Below, one piece after another: positions 59,692 through 64,000 of a stretch of DNA of 64,000 nucleotides (position 1 is the stretch's first letter; every line of letters starts with the position of its first letter). Position numbers and translations under genes: made by a program. The notes under the pieces are model-generated. The model had not been told where the DNA came from, did no database searches, and was given only the letters and a program-made list of their open reading frames with translations. Source of the DNA: Candidatus Multivorans sp. (lineage in GTDB: Bacteria; Acidobacteriota; Thermoanaerobaculia; Multivoradales; Multivoraceae); NCBI GenBank assembly GCA_965247095.1, contig OZ251997.1, positions 2,560,001 to 2,624,000 of the forward strand. Direction: 5' to 3'.

Positions 59692-60738
59692 CTACCAGGT
59701 GAGCTGACTCTTCATCCAACCCGACGTGTTGTGGAAGTCCGACACGGCGCTGCCCGGCGGCACCAAGGCGTCGCAGGCGGCGGCGATCTCGGGGTCGAGC
59801 GTCATCTCCTGGACCGCCACGAGTTCGTCGAAGTGTTCGCAGGTCCGGGGGCCGATCAGCGGCGCCGTGACGCCCGGCTGGTCCTTGCACCACAGGATCG
59901 CCAGTTGGGCCGGCGTGATCCCGGCCTTGGCCGCGAGCTTGGCGAACTCGACGCCGACCCGGACGGCGCGCTCGGTGACCCGCCGCGCGTAGTACTTGCC
60001 GAGCAGGTCGGCACGGGAGCCTTCGGGGTACTGGTCTGCATCGGCGTAGCGGCCCGCCAGCACGCCCATCCCCAGCGGCGCCCAGGCGAGGATGCCGAGG
60101 CCGTGCTTCTGGCACAGGGGGATCAGCTCGTTCTCGATCCGGCGGTCGAGCAGGTTGTAGGGCGATTGCTCCGACGAGAAACGGGCGTAGCCCTTCATCT
60201 CGCTGACCATCAGCGCTTCCATCACGCTCCAGGCCGGATAGGTCGAACAGCCGATGTACCGGACCTTGCCGGCCCGGACCAGGTCGTCGAAGGCGCGCAA
60301 CGTTTCGTCGATCGGGATGCTGAAGTCGGGGCGGTGGGTCTGGTACAGGTCGATGTGGTCCGTCTGCAGGCGCCGAAGCGCCGCGTCGCACGCGTTGAGA
60401 ATCCCGGCCCGCGAGAGTCCCTGCTCGTTCGCGTTGTGCCCCGCCACGTGCTCCGACCGGGCGAGACCAGTCTGTTCGTCGAACTGGCCGGGATAGACCT
60501 TCGTCGAGATCACGACCTCGTGACGCCGGCCGGTCTCCTTGAGCACGCTGCCGACGATCCGTTCGGCTTTGCCATCGCCGTAGATGTGACCGAGGTCGAT
60601 CAGGTTGACGCCGGAGTCGAGCGTCCGCTCGATGATTCGCCGCGCTTCGTCTTCCGGCGTCACGTCGCCGAAGTTGCTCGTGCCGAGGCCGAGCGGCGAG
60701 ACCTTCAGGCCGGTGCGGCCGAGGGTGCGGTAGTTCAT
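59692..60738 (-). CDS. Aldo/keto reductase
   Basis: LGRTGLKVSPLGLGT, RRLQTDHIDLYQ, GKVRYIGCS, QSPYNLL. Confidence 0.93.
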   Translation of the reverse strand: MNYRTLGRTGLKVSPLGLGTSNFGDVTPEDEARRIIERTLDSGVNLIDLGHIYGDGKAERIVGSVLKETGRRHEVVISTKVYPGQFDEQTGLARSEHVAGHNANEQGLSRAGILNACDAALRRLQTDHIDLYQTHRPDFSIPIDETLRAFDDLVRAGKVRYIGCSTYPAWSVMEALMVSEMKGYARFSSEQSPYNLLDRRIENELIPLCQKHGLGILAWAPLGMGVLAGRYADADQYPEGSRADLLGKYYARRVTERAVRVGVEFAKLAAKAGITPAQLAILWCKDQPGVTAPLIGPRTCEHFDELVAVQEMTLDPEIAAACDALVPPGSAVSDFHNTSGWMKSQLTW

Positions 60739-60820
60739 TTCAGGGTGGCTCCTCTGTGTTCCGGGGCTGCTGCCAACGAGCTCGTTGGCAACAGGATTGT
60801 TGGCAAGACGAGCCGCCTTC

Positions 60821-61565
60821 CTACATGCGGTCCGCGAGCTGCAGCGCCGGATCGAACAGGCGATTCGGCGCCTCGTCCTCGCCCAGGAGGAACCGGATCT
60901 CGTCGTCGTAGCCGGTCATCTCCCAGCGGCTGAGCGAGATCGGGATGATGCTGCCGGCCAGGAACTCGTCGATGAAGTCTCTGAGCACGAAGTCGTCGCC
61001 GAGTTGCATCGCGCGTTCGCGGAACAGTTTCATGAAGTGGGCCTTGCCGACCACGACGCCGGTGTGGAAGCCGGGGAAGCGCAGGTTGTTCGTAGATGCG
61101 CGCCTCCCGAGGGGCGGCCCAGATCGCGATCGTGGCGAGATCCGAAGCGCCTTCGGTCAGGTTGGACCTGGCCTGTTCGTAGATCTTCGGCACCGCTCGC
61201 AGGGTCGTCCGGTACTCCTCCAACTCTCCGTCGTCGAACGGCGGCTCGAGTTCGAAGAGGGTCCGGAAGCCCGCCATCGCCGGTCCGGCGCCGCCCTGAG
61301 ACATCAGGTAGAACGCGGGATCCCGGGACCACGGCCGGGTCACCCGATGGTGGAAGTCGAGCCCGTTCATCTCGGCGCGGACCAGGTGATGGTCGATCTG
61401 CTCGGAGACGGGCCAGTCGTCGATTTCGATGGCGGCCAGCCGCGCCTTGTAGTCCTCGAGCCCTTGGCGTTGCCGCTCCATCGCCTCGGCGGTGTAGTCG
61501 GACACGCCGCCCACGATCTCGGGCTCCTGGAAGACGCGGAAGTCCTCGAAGAGCTGCAGGAGACA
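60821..61565 (-). pseudogene. DUF885-like protein remnant (5' truncated, internal deletion with frameshift)
   Basis: RAEMNGLDFHHRVTRPWSRDPAFY in one frame; GDDFVLRDFIDEFLAGSIIPISLSRWEMTG in another. Confidence 0.7.
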
Positions 61566-61638
61566 TGCGGGCTCCTTCTCAGCGAAGTGGCGGGTCTTCT
61601 TGGCGTCCGAGAGGGCTACTCACTGGCAAGCTCCGCGA

Positions 61639-61667
61639 TTGACAGGAGTTATCCATGAGGCAATAGT
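61639..61667 (+). promoter_or_regulatory. Candidate sigma70 promoter for the TIGR04255 module
   Basis: TTGACA-17 bp-AATAGT. Confidence 0.4.
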
Positions 61668-61854
61668 CAGTGTGTGCTCGGCCAGGAGACCGTGCCCGGG
61701 CGTCCCACGTTGGGCATCGCCGACCTCCACCGCCGATGGTACTCCTCGGGCGGAGAGAGGGTGATACCGTGCCCGGCCCCCGGAGGGGCACTGACCTGCC
61801 GGTCACACTCCAGAGGCGATGGACGTCCGGTGCCCCGGACCAGGGTTCGCGGCA

Positions 61855-62622
61855 ATGACTAACTCCTCCCGGCCAAATCGCATTCGCACACTGGCCAACG
61901 CGCCGATTCGCGAGGCGCTGATAGACCTCCGCTGCGAGTTGCCGGAAGGTCAGGACGCCGAGCTGTTGGCCAGATTCGATGCCGCTCATCGGGGGATCGA
62001 GAGCGAGTTCCCCGAGAAGGGGAAGAACTACGCGGCGAGTGTTTCTGCCGAGTTGAAAGAAGGTACGGATCCAGCAGTTGCCGCGACCGCGGCGTTGCGT
62101 GGATACCACTTCAGGAACTCTCAAGGAGACAAGATCGTCCAGTTTCGCCTTGATGGCTTCACTTTCAACAAGCTGCGCCCCTATACGAAATGGGCGCAAC
62201 TCCGGGCGGAGGCTGAGACTCTGTGGACGAAGTACAGGTCGTTGTTGTCGGAAGTTCGGGTTACGAGGGTTGGCGTCCGTTACATCAACGAGATCCAGGT
62301 TGCCCCCGGGGTCGGTTTCGAGACCATCTTCGTAGAGCCCCTGAGACAGCCGCTGGGCTTCGGTCAGGGTCGAATTCGGCAGTCTTTGGAGCGACTTCAA
62401 ATCTCGAGTCACGACGCCTTCGAGAGGACGATAGTGACCCGCCTAGCTAGAGAAGAGAAAGCGGGGTTCACTGTGATCCTCGATATCGACGCCTTTGCCG
62501 TGGCGCCAGATGGGGCCTTCGAGGACTGCGAGGTGTGGGCGCGTATTGACGAACTTCGTAGCCGGAAGAACGAGATCTTCTTCAGCAGTTTGACTGCCAA
62601 CGGAATCGAGAGGTACGCATGA
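61855..62622 (+). CDS. TIGR04255 family protein
   Basis: LANAPIREALIDLR, VQFRLDGFTFNKLRPYTKW, RVGVRYINEI, VILDID, KNEIFF. Confidence 0.82.
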   Translation: MTNSSRPNRIRTLANAPIREALIDLRCELPEGQDAELLARFDAAHRGIESEFPEKGKNYAASVSAELKEGTDPAVAATAALRGYHFRNSQGDKIVQFRLDGFTFNKLRPYTKWAQLRAEAETLWTKYRSLLSEVRVTRVGVRYINEIQVAPGVGFETIFVEPLRQPLGFGQGRIRQSLERLQISSHDAFERTIVTRLAREEKAGFTVILDIDAFAVAPDGAFEDCEVWARIDELRSRKNEIFFSSLTANGIERYA

Positions 62623-63119
62623 GTCTAGTTGCCGTAGAAGCTCAGGATTGGGTGGGACAACTCGGGAGGCGGCGCTCGACGGCTGTTGGGCCGGAGGCGT
62701 TTCGAATCGATAGGGAGGAAGAGACTTCGGAATCAGCAGTCTCCGCATGGCAGTTGTCGAGACAGGATGCCAGGAGGAACCTGTGGGAGATCTTCGAAGA
62801 GGCGTCCGTTCCCGGCTGGGACGGTGACGATGCCAGGCCGCTCTCGCGCCGCGCGAAGGACGCCGTAGTCGATGCTCTCTTCACCCTTGCGCCCCATGTA
62901 CCGATTCCCGAGATAGTGCCTGAGCCCGACGGTGGCGTGGCCATGCAGTGGTCGAGTGGCAGTACGCACTCTCTGATTGTGAGCTTCGGGCCGGATGGCG
63001 ACCTCTATTTCGCCGTTCAGATTCCGGGTCGGCGAGAATCGGGCCGACGCCCTTTCGACGCCCAACTTCCCTCGGATCTGCTGGGGCTCGCGAAGGAGGC
63101 CGCGGCTGACGATCCGTGA
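62619..63119 (+). CDS. Hypothetical protein (second gene of the TIGR04255 module)
   Basis: ATGA overlap; motif GWDGDDARP...PEIVPEPDGGVAMQW. Confidence 0.7.
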   Translation: MSLVAVEAQDWVGQLGRRRSTAVGPEAFRIDREEETSESAVSAWQLSRQDARRNLWEIFEEASVPGWDGDDARPLSRRAKDAVVDALFTLAPHVPIPEIVPEPDGGVAMQWSSGSTHSLIVSFGPDGDLYFAVQIPGRRESGRRPFDAQLPSDLLGLAKEAAADDP

Positions 63120-63498
63120 TGGGGAGTCCGTTGCCCGGTTCCTCTACACGAAGAGTTACTTCTCCGTCGCCAAGAGGACGGTGAAGCACGCTGCCTTTAT
63201 GCCCCCGAGTGATCTCCGAACGTCGGTCTACCGAATTGACGGGCTGGATGAGACAGGGGTGCGCCAGCTAGCTTCCGAAACATCTCGGAAGACTTCGTTC
63301 AAGGGACACGGGGTTTTCCTGGCGGCTGATGTGCGATCAGTGTCTCAACTGGATGTCGTTCCCGAAACGAGTCAACATCCGCTTCACGCCGACATTGTGG
63401 GTTGGCCGACAGAACGAGAGAAGCGGATTGAACTCGCCCGCCTGCTCGCGGTCAAGGCTGAATTTGTACCGTCAGCGCCGGGACCCAGTTCGGCTTGA
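63106..63498 (+). CDS. Hypothetical protein, possibly ART/RES-like toxin fold
   Basis: ESVARF...AAFMP...TSVYR...HPLHADI; AAGGAGG lies 6 nt before an in-frame CTG. Confidence 0.6.
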   Translation: MTIRDGESVARFLYTKSYFSVAKRTVKHAAFMPPSDLRTSVYRIDGLDETGVRQLASETSRKTSFKGHGVFLAADVRSVSQLDVVPETSQHPLHADIVGWPTEREKRIELARLLAVKAEFVPSAPGPSSA

Positions 63499-63557
63499 CG
63501 GTGAGGTCGTGTACACGGCCGAATTGACTACCCGGCCGCGGGAGCACTGCTGCCGAT

Positions 63558-64000
63558 CTATGGAATGTTGACCAGGGTGTAGTAGGCCTCCGGGTGGAGA
63601 AGCGGCTCACCGCCCTTGCTCCGGACTCCGTCGAGATGCAGCTCGTGGACGTAGCCGGCACGCAGCGGCTCGACGGTCAGGCGGACGCTCCTCGCGTCGG
63701 CGGCCACCCGAGCGGATCGGATGGCGACCCGCAGCTTGTCGTCCTCGGGCCCGCCGTAGCTCGAGCTGAGGCGATAGGTGTAGCTCTGCATGCGGTAGGT
63801 CGCGGGGTTTCCTGCACTCTCCGGATCCACCGGCCGGGTGAACGTGAGTTCGAAGCCGTCGGGACGGGCCCGCATCTCGTGGACCTCGAACGGCAGGGCG
63901 CCGGTCCAGACGATCCGCTGGAGACCGTGGGGCTCGGGGCCGACGCCGCCCCAGCCGCGGTCCGACATGCCGGCGAAGAGCGATCCGTCGTCAGCGAAGG
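63558..64000 (-). CDS. C-terminal part of a large secreted beta-propeller/dehydrogenase-like protein (5' end outside the window)
   Basis: RGWG...LQRIVWTG..PFEVHEMRARPDGFELTFT...YGGPE...AYYTLVNIP. Confidence 0.65.
   Translation of the reverse strand, partial: FADDGSLFAGMSDRGWGGVGPEPHGLQRIVWTGALPFEVHEMRARPDGFELTFTRPVDPESAGNPATYRMQSYTYRLSSSYGGPEDDKLRVAIRSARVAADARSVRLTVEPLRAGYVHELHLDGVRSKGGEPLLHPEAYYTLVNIP

Overview
High-GC bacterial window. The atpF'-F-H-A-G-D-C order and the [10 protein letters not shown] motif in AtpD suggest Acidobacteriota (inference). 1-14.2 kb is a surface-polysaccharide cluster that includes an apparent WecA-outer-membrane beta-barrel fusion, wza and wzc. 14.4-20.7 kb is the ATP synthase operon without atpB/atpE, with a structured repeat showing covariation. 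Next come tRNA-Ser with a downstream att-like duplication around a decayed ABC locus, cytochrome P460, vapBC, tRNA-Gln, a PQQ beta-propeller protein, an HtrA protease, a probable selenoprotein redoxin and a PGI-like gene. The best candidate for an undescribed system is a less GC-rich four-gene operon at 37189-43051 (minus strand), next to an IS3 element. It encodes a nuclease-like/DGQHR/HEPN protein, a 66-aa ORF, a radical SAM enzyme and an Hsp90-type GHKL ATPase. The right part holds sulfatases, a PBP-multiheme TPR-CRTAC1 operon, several internally deleted pseudogenes, an orphan antitoxin and a TIGR04255-led three-gene module resembling a toxin system. All calls come from motif reading only; no database searches were run.
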